A stretch of 63,966 nucleotides of DNA, filler included, from Thraustochytrium aureum (taxonomy: Eukaryota), in the NCBI GenBank assembly GCA_012862495.1. It is 9 parts of 5 records of this genome, joined end to end, with 100 filler letters (N's around TTAATTAATTAA, not from the genome) between each part and the next. Parts side by side here need not be neighbours in the genome. Positions count along the whole stretch, not along the records: positions 18,565 to 38,415 come from BLSG01000208.1; positions 38,516 to 51,159 come from BLSG01000209.1; 7 more parts are not named here. The stretch is one strand, 5' to 3'. The notes under the pieces are model-generated. The model had not been told where the DNA came from. It did no database searches and was given only the letters and a program-made list of their open reading frames with translations. Positions within the stretch are counted from its first letter, which is position 1; each line of letters starts with the position of its first letter. This document shows, one piece after another, positions 32,478-44,274 of the stretch. The translations under genes and the position numbers were made by a program.

Positions 32478-33286
32478 GGCCAAGCAAGCGTTCGGGGCCG
32501 CCTGGCCCGCGCCGCTGGCCCACCGCAGCGCAACCCGGTGGGCTGGCTACGCTGTCAGGGTTCTGGAGGGGGACGGGGGCGAAGGTTACCGTTGCCGCGT
32601 CACCCTTCCACAACCCAACCCTCTCGCGACCGGGGCGCGGCAGCTCGCCAGCCAGCGCGATCGCGAAAGTTCGACGCAGTTTGTGCGCCGCCACGCCGCG
32701 CAGCGCGACAGCGCAGCCGGGTGGGCGAAGGAGGGTTTCGACCGCGGGGGTCCCGGTCGGTCATGGCCGCCCCGATCCGGCGCCCCGGCAGCCACCTCGG
32801 CCTGCCACCCTGCCTGCGTCCCGCAGCGACGGGTTGAGGCAGCGGGTCCTTCGCACGCGAGCCGATGGCCGGGGCCCGTGTGCCTGGCCAACCGCCGAGC
32901 CGAGGCGGCGTCCGCTCGCCCTCACGGGCCATTTGGCGCGAATGTCGTACCGCACCGCACCTCCATGCCAGGCCGCTCGCCAGGCCGCTCGCCAGAGCAG
33001 ACCTCGAACCGCTCCCGCGCCAGCCAGACGCTCAGCTGTTGCCAGCGACGCGTGGCCGGGCCAGTCGGTGCGTCGGAGAGCGGCGAGCGGCTGGCATCGC
33101 CGGGGCGGCGTGCTGGGCGAAACAGCGCCAGGACATCCCCGACGCCGCGAGCGTGCCCGGCCATCCACGCTGCGCCGGTTCAGCGGCTGGGTGGCTGGGT
33201 GGCTAGGTGGCGTGGGTGGGTGGGTGGCTGGCTGGCTGGCGCCGATCGCGATAGGCGCCCGGGTGCGGTCCTCGCGTCGCGCGGGG

Positions 33287-34108
33287 ATGGCCTCGCTTGA
33301 GACGCAGGTGGTGCGGCTCGGGCACATCTTGGAGTCATGGGCAGACAACCAGCCGGACCAGATGGGCGCGTACATGCAGCTCAAGCGCGCCAAGGGCATA
33401 CTGTTCCTGACCACGGTCAAGGGCGGGTTTTTCTTCTCGGGGTCGCTCGGCTTTGGCCTGTTTGTCAAGTGCCTCGGCGACGGCGAGTTGAGTGGACCCG
33501 TCGCGGTCGTGCTCGCCGCAGCGGGCGCCGGCATGCAGTTTGGGCTCTGTAAGACAGAGCTGGTCGTCGTGTTGACCTCCTCCAGAGCGGTCAACATGTT
33601 TGAATCGCACGGCCAACTGCGGCTGGCTGCGGAATATGGGCTGGCCGTGGGGCCGGCGGGATTGCACATGAACGCCGGCACCTCGGTCAACCGCAAGGGG
33701 TGGGATGCAAATGGCTCATTCAGCACGTCAATGGGGCTGTTCGTGGGCGTGAGCATGGAAGGGACGCTGCTCTGGACCAACCACTGGGTCAACCACGCAT
33801 ACTATCACACCACGCACGCAGGGCTGAAGAACATCCTGCATGGCACCGTACCGATTCCCGAGGGCCGGCGGCCGGCCGTGGAGGCGCTCGCTGCGGCTCT
33901 GCGTCGTATTCAGGGCCGGTTGGAGCCCACCGCGCCGGGCTTGGCCTTCGGCGAAGACTTGCCATGGCAGGAGCAGGACCTGCAGGCCGACGGCCACATC
34001 ATGCCGAGCGCTGACGATGAGGGGGGCGATGAGCGGGCAGATGGGCATGTCGTGCCATCGTGCGCCGACGATGATGAAGAAGACGATGATGAAGTGGCTC
34101 GAACTTGA
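33287..34108 (+). CDS. Ysc84/SYLF-domain protein
   Basis: AKGILFLTTVKGGFFFSGSLGFG...LSGP...GMQFG...AVGPAG...GLFVGVSMEG...NHAYY. Confidence 0.88.
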   Translation: MASLETQVVRLGHILESWADNQPDQMGAYMQLKRAKGILFLTTVKGGFFFSGSLGFGLFVKCLGDGELSGPVAVVLAAAGAGMQFGLCKTELVVVLTSSRAVNMFESHGQLRLAAEYGLAVGPAGLHMNAGTSVNRKGWDANGSFSTSMGLFVGVSMEGTLLWTNHWVNHAYYHTTHAGLKNILHGTVPIPEGRRPAVEALAAALRRIQGRLEPTAPGLAFGEDLPWQEQDLQADGHIMPSADDEGGDERADGHVVPSCADDDEEDDDEVART

Positions 34109-34260
34109 CGAGATCCTCCTTGACGAGTAGCTAGTAGCTGTGAAGGGAGCGACCCGAAGAACACACCTGGAGACGGCACACGGTCGGGGGGAGCTGGCAA
34201 ACACACGGTCGGCCGCCCTGCTGCTGATCTGGCATGATCGGATGAGTATGTGAGCAAGCA

Positions 34261-34320
34261 CAGTTGGCGGCTTGTGTGTGAGGCGCACTCAGTTGGCGGC
34301 TTGTGTGTGTGAGGCGCACT
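34261..34320. repeat. Tandem duplication, 29/31 bp (CAGTTGGCGGCTTGTGTGTGAGGCGCACT)
   Basis: Two copies differing by one TG unit. Confidence 0.9.
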
Positions 34321-35180
34321 CACATTGCCGCTAGCCAGTAACACACGGACAACTCTTGAGCCAAGTGAGTGAGGTCAGCTCCCCACCTGCCTTGCCGTTC
34401 CGTCTCTCGATCACACGCAGAGAAATCGAGCGAGAAATGTATCTGGCACATCGCATTTGTTCCACTTGCCTCCTGTGCCAGTGGCTGCAAGCACGTGCCC
34501 ACACATTGGTGCATCGAGTAGAGAGTGAGCACCACGTAACGCAGTCTCATTCCGAAGAAAAGAGAACTCTATCACGGTGACGTACCTACTCTGCTCCTTT
34601 TCATCAAGAGTTTGCCGCTGCCCCGCGTCCACGGCAAACTTGAAGCCGACGAGGCAGACGGGCGCATGCCAGTGCCATGTCGAGCGAAAGCCAGCAAGCT
34701 GGATCTCCCTGCTCACCTTCCAAATCATGAAACGCACGCGCTCTGAGGAGGGAGGGAGGATCCAGTGCCCTCGGCAGAGCAGAGGCAAGTAGTAGTAGAG
34801 CGGTGAGTTGAGTACTTACAAGTACTCCACTTCGGTACTTACCCACCGTGCCTACCAAACCATGGCGCGTTCTTCCCGATGCAGGAAGGGCTTTCGCCTG
34901 CCACAACATGGATCGCTCACACATTCCGGCTCGTGCGTTCTTGCGCTTCTGCATGCAACCCCACTCACCCACCTCCCAGGCCACCACGATCCTGGGCACG
35001 ACTGCGCTGTCCAGTTCGAGCTCGCCCAGGCAGAGCCATTCACCCGATCATCAGTCAGTCCCCTTTCGCACGAGGTGGTCGCTCTTTTCGCGACCAGTCG
35101 CGCGCGCAAGAGCAGGCAAGCACCGCAGCAAGCAAGCAAGCAACAACGCACGCAAGCGAGCAGGCAAGAAAGAAAGCAAG

Positions 35181-38100
35181 ATGCCAGGCGCGGCAACGCT
35201 GGCCGCAGCTTTCGCCGTGGGCCTCGGTCTCGCGGCAGCTGACGGGCCCCTCGCGTTCGTCGGCCCTGACGTGAGCAAGCAGAGCAGCCTGTACTTTGGG
35301 CTTCGGGACGGCGCAGTGGGCGAGCAGAAGGAGTTTCACACGAGCCTGCTACGCGCTGAAGACAGCCAGACGCGCAGCAAGCTGGACTTTTGGCTCAACG
35401 AGGAGCCGCTCACTNNNNNNNNNNNNNNNNNNNNNNNNNNNNNNNNNNNNNNNNNNNNNNNNNNNNNNNNNNNNNNNNNNNNNNNNNNNNNNNNNNNNNN
35501 NNNNNNNNNNNNNNNNNNNNNNNNNNNNNNNNNNNNNNNNNNNNNNNNNNNNNNNNNNNNNNNNNNNNNNNNNNNNNNNNNNNNNNNNNNNNNNNNNNNN
35601 NNNNNNNNNNNNNNNNNNNNNNNNNNNNNNNNNNNNNNNNNNNNNNNNNNNNNNNCTTGCCCGACCCGCAAGCCCATCAAGAGGAGGCTGTCGTAACCGG
35701 ACTCCTGCGCGACCGCGTGGCCTGGTTCGGCGAGAAGCAAGGCATCAACGGCAAGTTCAGCGTCACGTACGTGGAGGGCAAGGAGTGTGCCGAGCTGCGC
35801 GTGAACCCGAATGCCGGGCTTCCTGAGCTCGCTGCCGCGCCTCAGGACTGCGCCAACTTGAAAGCGTCTCTGTGCCTCCGCGCCGGTGGCCCAACGCACG
35901 GAAGGCGCAACGTAAGAAACGGCGGGCGCTACTTTACGATCGTGCGAGAGGGCCTGACCTGGAACACGGCCAGAGCAGAGTGCGCAGAGCGCGGAGCCCG
36001 GCTTGCCTCGTTTCAAAGCGATTCTGACCTCGTCGAAGCCCGCCGCGTAGCGCTCAAACACGGTAACAGCTACATCTTTCACGGCGCTCACATCTCGAGG
36101 TCCGCTTGGAGGTGGGCTGACGCCTCGGTTGCTGAAGGTGATGACTTGGTCACGTTGACGGTTCACTGGAGCACAGGGGTTCAGCCCCCAATTGGAGACG
36201 GGTCGTGCCGCGGCGCTGCATTTAACAAAATACCCGCTTGCGGAACTGGGATGCCTTTGGATGTGACGCACCCCTGCCTTCATTGGAGGGCTATCCGACG
36301 GTGGCAATGTGCGAGACCACTCGGCCGGCAATCCACGACGAGCGCACTGGGTCCACACTTTGGGTCGTTGAGGAAGAGCTGACTTGGGAGGACGCCAAAG
36401 ACAACTGCGAATTGCTCGGTGGCAAGCTTGCCAGTGTGCGCAGCGCTGAAGAGCAGCGCATCATCGAGGGGATCGCTCCGCGCGACGCCTGGATCGGGGC
36501 CCGTCGCTCAGCAGAAGACACCAAACCCAACCGGTGGGAGTCGGACGAGGAGGCCATGAGCTTCACGAACTGGGCCGCTGGCGCCGACGCGAATGCCGAG
36601 CAAGACTCTGCTTCCTGCAACTGGACTCAAGTGTATCGTATGGCTGGCGCGTTTTCGCTCGAACCCGACGCGCAGCGTGCCGCGCTACAAAGCTCTGGGA
36701 ACGCTATGATTACGCCAGTCTTTAGCCGGGTTCCCGGGTCGATGGATCCAACCGAGATCAACGCTCTCTGGGACAGTATCAGCCTGAGCCACCGCGCCTG
36801 GCGCTACAAAGTGAATGGGCGTACCTACGCCATCTACCACCGCAAGACCCAGCCTCAAGGGGCGGCGACTTTCAACGCGCACGAGTACATGGTTGAAAGA
36901 TGGAAAGGGGTGGACACGGCCGAAGCTGTGGACATCAACAAGATGGGGACCGACTTTGACATCTACAGCAACGAAGAGGACATGCGCGCAAGGGTCGACA
37001 AGTGGGAGTTTTGCAACTTCGTCCGACCAACCGAAGTAAATGTCGGCTTTCCACGCGATTGTGGTTCGAAATCCTATACCTCTGAAATGTTTGCACGCGC
37101 AACGGGCGGGGGCTACCCAAAAAGCTTCACGTTCGACTTTTGCACTGAGCGCAAGAAGCGAGCGTGCGCGTGGATCTCCACCAACCCACAGGACGCTGGC
37201 GCGTGGCGCTATGGGCCTTGCGACGAGCGGCGGCCATCCGTTTGTCGTGCTGACGACCGGAAAATCAAGGTGCCGGAAAATGCCTTTAGAGTGCTCGAGA
37301 CGGACACGCACGTGTATTGGCGAATGGATGATCCCCTCACATTTGACAATGCGCAGGCCAGCTGCCAGGCTGCTGGCGGTCGCCTTGCCATGCCCAAAAG
37401 TCGGGCTGAGCAAGTGCATGTTCAATCGCTCGGCACGGCGGGTTCGACTCGACACATCATCGGAGCCAGACGCGTCGACATCACCACGAGAACGCCCTTC
37501 AGTGAGTGGCTGGACGGAACCCCCATTGCATTCTCAGATTTCCCTTGGCGCACGGAGTCCAGCGAGCCAAACCTGTACGATGGTAACATGAATCTCCAGC
37601 CGAACATCGCTTCCATGACCGATGGGATGATTGATCTGACCGAAGGCCCGAGTGCCTACATTTGCGAGGTGCTGCGTCGCGGGCCGAGGTCCGACGCTAC
37701 GGCCAAGTCGACGGAGAGGCCATCACTCGAGCGTCAAAAGTACCTCTGGGGTGCTTCATACGTCGCAATCGACAACGATGGCCACCGCATCGTGGCTAAC
37801 ACGGAGCAAGGGCTGATCCAGCGCGTCGACCAATTCACGGGCGAGGCGAGCATTCTCGCCGGCGGGTCCTCGGACTGCAACGTCGGTGTGTCCTCGTGCC
37901 AGAGTTGGGGCATCGAGCCGCACCGCTGGTACTGCTTCTCGAACAAAATTTGCACCACGACTGACACTGGCATCAACATGAATCCGCACCTCAGCAGCCT
38001 CGACCTGACATTTGGCCCAACCGCCCTCGCGGTCCATCCTACAAGCAATGAGGTGTACTTTGCCGTTCACAAGTTGCGCGGGGACCATGGCTTGGAGGCA

Positions 38101-38415
38101 GACCAACTTTTCCTTGGTGCTTCATACACCGGCGCGATCATCTTCAAACTAAGCGGTGGCAAGGTCAAGTTCGTGGCAGGTGGAGGAGACCGCGAACCTA
38201 GGGACGACCCGATAGCCACGGGGCAAGTCCGCCTCAACCATATCAACTACCTCGCCTTCGACGCTGACGGCGAGCGCCTCTTCATCTCGGACCGGGACTC
38301 GCGCGCGATTCTCGTCCTTGACTCTGGCCCGGGCACAGTCAAGCACATTGCTGGCCTCGCCGACGAGTCGGCCGGCCCGTGGCGCTACGTCAATGAGGCC
38401 GCGCCTGACTTTACT
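35181..38415 (+). CDS. Secreted multidomain protein: three C-type lectin domains plus NHL/beta-propeller repeats (gap, frameshift ~36228, 3' truncated)
   Basis: Signal peptide; LTWNTARAECAERGARLAS, LTWEDAKDNCELLGGKLAS...AWIGAR, LTFDNAQASCQAAGGRLA; LAFDADGERLFISD. Confidence 0.82.
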
Positions 38416-38515
38416 NNNNNNNNNNNNNNNNNNNNNNNNNNNNNNNNNNNNNNNNNNNNTTAATTAATTAANNNNNNNNNNNNNNNNNNNNNNNNNNNNN
38501 NNNNNNNNNNNNNNN
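38416..38515. other. Artificial scaffold spacer
   Basis: N44-TTAATTAATTAA-N44. Confidence 0.98.
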
Positions 38516-38539
38516 CCCTCCCACACACTCCGCGTTCAC

Positions 38540-39688
38540 ATGAACCAAGCAATATCCAAATCTGCTGTCACGGGCGCGGGTTGGCTGCACATGACAGGCA
38601 GGCACGCAGTCGCGAAAGGGGAAGCGATGGCCGCCGCGATGGAAGCTCAGACGGAAGCCGCGATGGCAGCTCAGATGCAAGCACAGATGGAAGCCGCGAT
38701 GCAAGCCGCGATGCGGGAAGCTGCAGCCTTAACGATTCGTGCGTTTATGGAAGCAACCAGCGCCGGCGACCTTCTCACGGTCGAAAGCATCCTCTCGACG
38801 GCGGGGAACGCGTTGGCCAACGTCGTGGACGCGGCTGGCTGGACCCCGCTCACTGCAGCGGCAGCGGAGGGGCACGTTGGAATCATTCGCGCCTTGCTCG
38901 ACGCAGGTGCCGACGTAAACCTGTTCATGAATAGGGGAGGCTGGCAAATGACGCCGCTTATGTTTGCAGCGCAGAGTTCGCAGCATGAAGCAGTGGCGGC
39001 GCTGCTGGCGGCTGGGGCCGACATCATGGTGCGCAACTTGGAGGGAAGCACGGCCTTCACGCTCGCCGCTTCGCGAGGCCACGCGAGATGCGTGGATCTT
39101 CTCATTGGCGCTGGAGTCAACGTCGACGAGGTCAACCAAGACGGACTGACAGCCCTGAGCGCCGCTGCTGCTAAAGGCGACATTGACAGGGTGCATGCAA
39201 TTCTCGGCGTTGGCGCTTCCGTGAACGGCGAAGGCTCGGTCGGCGCTACGCCGCTGCAGTTCGCCGCGGAAGAAGGCCATGTCGATGTCGTCCGGGCACT
39301 TCTGGCTGCTGGCGCGGATCTTCACTGCCGCGACGCGTTTGGGCACTCCGCGCTCGAGTTCGCAGCGAGCGCGGGCAACGCCGACGTTCTACGTTTGCTT
39401 TTGTCCGAGGGCGCGGACCCCCTACATCGCGACTGCGACGGAAGAACGGCGCTGATCTATGCGGCCGCATGCGGTGCGGATAACTCGGTCTCAGCGCTGC
39501 TCGCGAGCAGTGCACCCGGAGACGGGGCAGTGGCGGTTTTGGTTGCCGCGGAGGCTAACCAACCAGCCGTGGTCAAGGTGCTTCTTGACGCCAATGTGCT
39601 CTCAAGCGTGCAGGGTTCTAGGTGTGCGGCTGCGTTGAACGTTGTCGTCGCGACGCTCGTGGCAGGCTTTGAGCAGATTCAAAAGTAA
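38540..39688 (+). CDS. Ankyrin-repeat protein
   Basis: About 7 repeats, e.g. GWTPLTAAAAEGH...LLDAGADVN and GATPLQFAAEEGH. Confidence 0.92.
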   Translation: MNQAISKSAVTGAGWLHMTGRHAVAKGEAMAAAMEAQTEAAMAAQMQAQMEAAMQAAMREAAALTIRAFMEATSAGDLLTVESILSTAGNALANVVDAAGWTPLTAAAAEGHVGIIRALLDAGADVNLFMNRGGWQMTPLMFAAQSSQHEAVAALLAAGADIMVRNLEGSTAFTLAASRGHARCVDLLIGAGVNVDEVNQDGLTALSAAAAKGDIDRVHAILGVGASVNGEGSVGATPLQFAAEEGHVDVVRALLAAGADLHCRDAFGHSALEFAASAGNADVLRLLLSEGADPLHRDCDGRTALIYAAACGADNSVSALLASSAPGDGAVAVLVAAEANQPAVVKVLLDANVLSSVQGSRCAAALNVVVATLVAGFEQIQK

Positions 39689-39747
39689 AACCCAGAGAGG
39701 GACGCGATGCTTTCGAGCGCTGTGTTTTTTTACAACACTAACATGGA

Positions 39748-41031
39748 ATGGTGACAATGGCGTCGTTCGCAGGGAGTGCGGCGGGAGGTGTCACGGGTGG
39801 CGCCGCTTCGGGGTCGCTGCTGGCCGGCATCAGCGTGGCTGCAATCGTGGGCGCGAGTGCCGTTGGCGCTTCGCTATGGTCGGCCATCGACGGAAAAGCA
39901 CCGCCTGTGCCCACAAGCCCACCACCAGGGCAACCACCAGGGCAACCGACAGTTCCGCCGACTGCGCCGCCCACGAGTCCACCGACTGCGCCGCCCACGA
40001 GTCCGCCGACTGCGCCGCCCACGAGTCCACCGACTGTACCACCCACGAGTCCACCGACTGTACCACCGACTGTGCCACCGACTGTGCCACCGACTGTGCC
40101 GCCAACGGGCCAACCGACTGTGCCGCCAACGGGCCAGCCGACTGTGCCGCCCGTCAACCCACCACCATTCGAACCACCTGTGACAACGCCGGAGGATGAA
40201 ACGGACGCGCCCACCGGGGGTGAGCCGCAATGGGGGCTGTACCTATTGCTCGCGTTGGCCCTTGTGCCGCTAGCCGTGCTCGTTACGCACATGGTCTTGG
40301 AGCGCAGAGCATCCTACACGGTGCGTCAAGTTCTTGAAAACCATAAAACGCTTGACATTGGGTACGCGAATCAAGGCAAAGGACGCGCAGCCCTCGCGCT
40401 GATCGGCGTGTTGTTTGCCATGCTATTGGTGGCTCTGTACAGTTATACTGCGTTTGCGAACAACACGCAACCCATTGTGATAGCCATCGGTGTGGTGATT
40501 GCGCTTTTCATTGCCATTGTGCTGTACATGACGAGAGCGATCGTGCCCGGAGAACGCGAGTTCAAGGCGCTAGGTCATTTTGAAACTCGGTACAGTGTTA
40601 GTCTTGGAGAAACGGACGAGAAAATCATCGAATCAACGCATGCCCTTTGGAAGCGGCGACGCAAGACCGTAGTTGTGACCGGGTTACTGCTGAGCATAGC
40701 TGCCGCGGTTGTATTATCAACATCCGATCTCACAGACGAACTTGTGAACCGTGAGGGCGGGACCTTGCAGAAGCTCATGCTGCCTGCGCTTGTGTTGTGC
40801 GTTGCGATGCTGCTAATGCTGACGTTGAGCCACGTTCACGTGCCGTGGAACCTTCCGATCTTTCACACGTCACCAGATGCACTCGAACCCCTTTCGGAGT
40901 TGGAAGAAGCGGTGCATGGACAAGTGCAAACCCCCGCGCGGCTTCGAAGGCGAAACGCACGGGCCATGCCTGGTAAAGTTTTAAAATGGATGCGACAGAA
41001 TAGATTCAAAACCAATGGGAAACCCTTCTAG
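39748..41031 (+). CDS. Orphan multi-pass membrane protein with Pro/Thr-rich stalk
   Basis: N-terminal hydrophobic anchor, (PTAPPTSP/PTVP)n at ~39900-40180, about five downstream TM segments. Confidence 0.8.
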   Translation: MVTMASFAGSAAGGVTGGAASGSLLAGISVAAIVGASAVGASLWSAIDGKAPPVPTSPPPGQPPGQPTVPPTAPPTSPPTAPPTSPPTAPPTSPPTVPPTSPPTVPPTVPPTVPPTVPPTGQPTVPPTGQPTVPPVNPPPFEPPVTTPEDETDAPTGGEPQWGLYLLLALALVPLAVLVTHMVLERRASYTVRQVLENHKTLDIGYANQGKGRAALALIGVLFAMLLVALYSYTAFANNTQPIVIAIGVVIALFIAIVLYMTRAIVPGEREFKALGHFETRYSVSLGETDEKIIESTHALWKRRRKTVVVTGLLLSIAAAVVLSTSDLTDELVNREGGTLQKLMLPALVLCVAMLLMLTLSHVHVPWNLPIFHTSPDALEPLSELEEAVHGQVQTPARLRRRNARAMPGKVLKWMRQNRFKTNGKPF

Positions 41032-41143
41032 CAAGCTCTTGAGCTTGGAACTCTCAGTTTAAAAAAAGAAACTTCAAACGGAGCAAGTGCTCTATCGTTA
41101 GTTGGCCATCTATCTACGATTCGTGCCAAACGTGCCCGGCCGC

Positions 41144-42942
41144 TCAGCGGCGACGGCGGCGGCGGCTCTCGGACTCGGTAATTGTGGCAGGCGCAGCAAC
41201 GGGGCCATTGTCGTCGTCGTACCCACCATCCTCTTCGTCGCTGTACTGGCTCAGTTCTTCCTCGCTGACGTACTCGTCATCGTCACCGCTGGCGTATTCG
41301 CCGCGGTCGTCCTCCTCGCCATCGAACTCGTCATCGAACTCGTCGTCGTCAAGCACAGGCCGCCCCGAGTCGCGCCTGCCTGACCGGTCCTTGGGCGGCT
41401 CGTCGCTCGCGTTGCTGGCGCTGCTGCCGCCGGAGCTGCTGCCGCCGGAGCTACTCCTGCTGCTCTTGCTGCCACCGGAGCTGCTACCGCTGTCGCTCGC
41501 GGCGTCCGAGGACACGTAGCCCTTGTCAGGGTCGTCGTCCTCAAAGTCGCCCGCCGCCATGAGCGCCGTGCGTTGCTCGCGCTCGGTGTCCGTCTCCTCC
41601 ATGAAGGCCTCGATAGGCACAGCGGCACCCACAGTGTCCTCCACAGCCCGCTCGTAGCAGTCGGCCTTGAGCATGCTGCGCATCTTGACGCGCTCCAGCT
41701 CGCCGAGCTTGGGGTCGAACACGCGAGGGTTCTCGAACAGGAAGCGCGCCGAGTTGGTGAACACGCCGTGCACGAACTCGGTGAACTTGGGCACCTCGAT
41801 CTCGATGTCGTGCGTGCCGTGGCTGCGCTGCAGGAAGGTGTTCATGCTCACCAGGTGCGCGGCGTACAGGAAGCTGTAGAAGCGCACGGGCGTCCGGGTG
41901 CCGCTTGGACCACGCGCTTGGCCATGGCCTTGACCTTGGCCTGCTCCAGTCCTGCACCCGCTCCAGCGCGTGCTTGAACCGGCGAAAGGCCGCATCGNNN
42001 NNNNNNNNNNNNNNNNNNNNNNNNNNNNNNNNNNNNNNNNNNNNNNNNNNNNNNNNNNNNNNNNNNNNNNNNNNNNNNNNNNNNNNNNNNNNNNNNNNNN
42101 NNNNNNNNNNNNNNNNNNNNNNNNNNNNNNNNNNNNNNNNNNNNNNNNNNNNNNNNNNNNNNNNNNNNNNNNNNNNNNNNNNNNNNNNNNNNNNNNNNNN
42201 NNNNNNNNNNNNNNNNNNNNNNNNNNNNNNNNNNNNNNNNNNNNNNNNNNNNNNNNNNNNNNNNNNNNNNNNNNNNNNNNNNNNNNNNNNNNNNNNNNNN
42301 NNNNNNNNNNNNNNNNNNNNNNNNNNNNNNNNNNNNNNNNNNNNNNNNNNNNNNNNNNNNNNNNNNNNNNNNNNNNNNNNNNNNNNNNNNNNNNNNNNNN
42401 NNNNNNNNNNNNNNNNNNNNNNNNNNNNNNNNNNNNNNNNNNNNNNNNNNNNNNNNNNNNNNNNNNNNNNNNNNNNNNNNNNNNNNNNNNNNNNNNNNNN
42501 NNNNNNNNNNNNNNNNNNNNNNNNNNNNNNNNNNNNNNNNNNNNNNNNNNNNNNNNNNNNNNNNNNNNNNNNNNNNNNNNNNNNNNNNNNNNNNNNNNNN
42601 NNNNNNNNNNNNNNNNNNNNNNNNNNNNNNNNNNNNNNNNNNNNNNNNNNNNNNNNNNNNNNNNNNNNNNNNNNNNNNNNNNNNNNNNNNNNNNNNNNNN
42701 NNNNNNNNNNNNNNNNNNNNNNNNNNNNNNNNNNNNNNNNNNNNNNNNNNNNNNNNNNNNNNNNNNNNNNNNNNNNNNNNNNNGCGTTCAGTGCCGCTGC
42801 GTCGACGGGGAACATTGACCAACTCATCGTCACCCGCGGCTTCTCGCTCAGCGTGGCGGCGGCGGGGCTTGGGCAACGGCTCGGCTTGCGACATGCGGCG
42901 CCTCGGGACAGGCTCCGCGGTGCGACGGCGGGAGGAAGACAT
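41144..42942 (-). CDS. DUF5764-like giant-virus protein with acidic/Ser-rich tail (spans gap; several 1-nt shifts ~41890-41945)
   Basis: Reconstructed FRRFKHALERVQDWS.AKVKAMAKRVV.RHP...IEIEVPKFTEFVHGVFTNSARFLFENPRVF...CYERAVEDTVGAAVPIE follows the recalled DUF5764 pattern FQxxLxxIPxW...IxIPxxxxFIHxxYINxARxxxxNxYLF...IPxE; ATG 42942 is on the far side of the gap. Confidence 0.7.
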
Positions 42943-43097
42943 TCTCCTGTTTCTACTGCTGCTGCTGGTTGTGTTTTTCTGGATCTGCCCTAGGGAGTAG
43001 CGGATCTCGGTCCAGGCTCGCTGCTGTGCTGCGTACACCGTGCAGAAAAAAACCAACCAGCTCGCACTTTTCCCCTTCGAGAACATTCAGCCCAGCC

Positions 43098-43640
43098 ATG
43101 GAGGCCGCAATCGCAGACCTATGCGCTGAGCTGGCCGCGACCGCAGTCTCACCCGCTGCCCAACCTGCCGCTGCGACTCAGAGCGCTGCCGCCAATGCGG
43201 GGAGCGTTGGGGGCTCCGACGAGGCCACAGCGCTCCGCAGGGTTGCGCGCCGCCTGGCGGCCCAGACGGCTGCCCGCTCGCGCAAGCGGGGCTGGGAGTG
43301 CGAGGTTGACGCCTCCGCAGTGGAGGCGCTCTTCGATAACCAGAACGGCCGTTGTGCGCTCAGTGGGGAGCGAATGGCTGTGCTGCCCGCGGCGATGGAG
43401 CGCAACCGAGGCGGCTTCAGGCTCTTCAACAACAAGCCTTCGCTGGACCGCATCGACCCGTCCAAGGGCTACCTTATGAGCAACGTGCAGCTCGTTTCCG
43501 CCCGCGTGAACCTGATGAAGCTGGACATGGCGAACGCCGAGTTCGTGGAGCTGTGCGCGCGCGTTGTGGCGCACTCGCGCAAGCGAGAGCGGAGCAGCCG
43601 GCGGGCCGAGCTCCGCGAGGGGCGCTCGAACGAGGCTTGA
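43098..43640 (+). CDS. Phage/giant-virus-type HNH (His-Me finger)-like endonuclease
   Basis: QNGRCALSGERM...PSLDRIDPSKGYLMSNVQLVSARVNLMK. Confidence 0.8.
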   Translation: MEAAIADLCAELAATAVSPAAQPAAATQSAAANAGSVGGSDEATALRRVARRLAAQTAARSRKRGWECEVDASAVEALFDNQNGRCALSGERMAVLPAAMERNRGGFRLFNNKPSLDRIDPSKGYLMSNVQLVSARVNLMKLDMANAEFVELCARVVAHSRKRERSSRRAELREGRSNEA

Positions 43641-43651
43641 CCGGCCCTGGC

Positions 43652-44274
43652 ATGGCCGAGCTCGTCGCACGTCTTTTTCTCGCCAGGTCACCAGGTTCCC
43701 AGCGTGCAGCGAAGAGGAACGAGCACACGCACGATCGCGCCATGCCCCTCGTGCTCCTCGACTCGGCGCTCGCCGTGGAGTCGGGCGTGGCGCAGCCCGC
43801 GTTCGTCTACGTGCCACCGCCGTGGAGCGATTCTGCTGCCGCGGCAATGGCCCTGGTCGAGATTGGCGCTGCGCCAAACGGGTCGCTGCAGCAGGCGCAG
43901 CAGCAGCAGCAGCAGCAGCAGGATAGGCGCTTAGGTACGGTATGGGCAAGGTTCGACCTCACCGACGAGCGCGTTCTCGGTAGGCGGCTCGACGAGCCGG
44001 TCGCTGCCCGCCTGCACAGCGTTCAGCTGCCGCTTTCCCTGCGCCGCACCTTCACGGAGCAGACATGCTGGCTCGACCTCGCTCTTCGGGCCGCCGGCAG
44101 TGGGCCCTCAGCGCCCTGGGTGCTGTGCGCCTCGGCGCGCCTGAGCACCGACGCCGAGTTCTCCGGCCCGCACGACATGCTCGCATACTGCGCTTCCGCT
44201 GCGACGCAGGCGCTGAACGCAGCGCCGACGAGAGACGGACCCGGGCCTGTTTCATTGCGACCGGCGCTAACGGT
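43652..44274 (+). CDS. Hypothetical protein, possibly penton/minor-capsid-like (continues into gap, maybe to 44869)
   Basis: LVLLDS followed by LDEPVAARLHSVQLPLS, loosely resembling the IDS and xxLxSxxIPxS motifs of varidnavirus penton-like proteins; polyQ insert. Confidence 0.4.

Noticed and set aside
38540..39688. Ankyrin gene as independent proof of viral origin
   Set aside because: Ankyrin repeats are equally common in host genomes; counted only as compatible context
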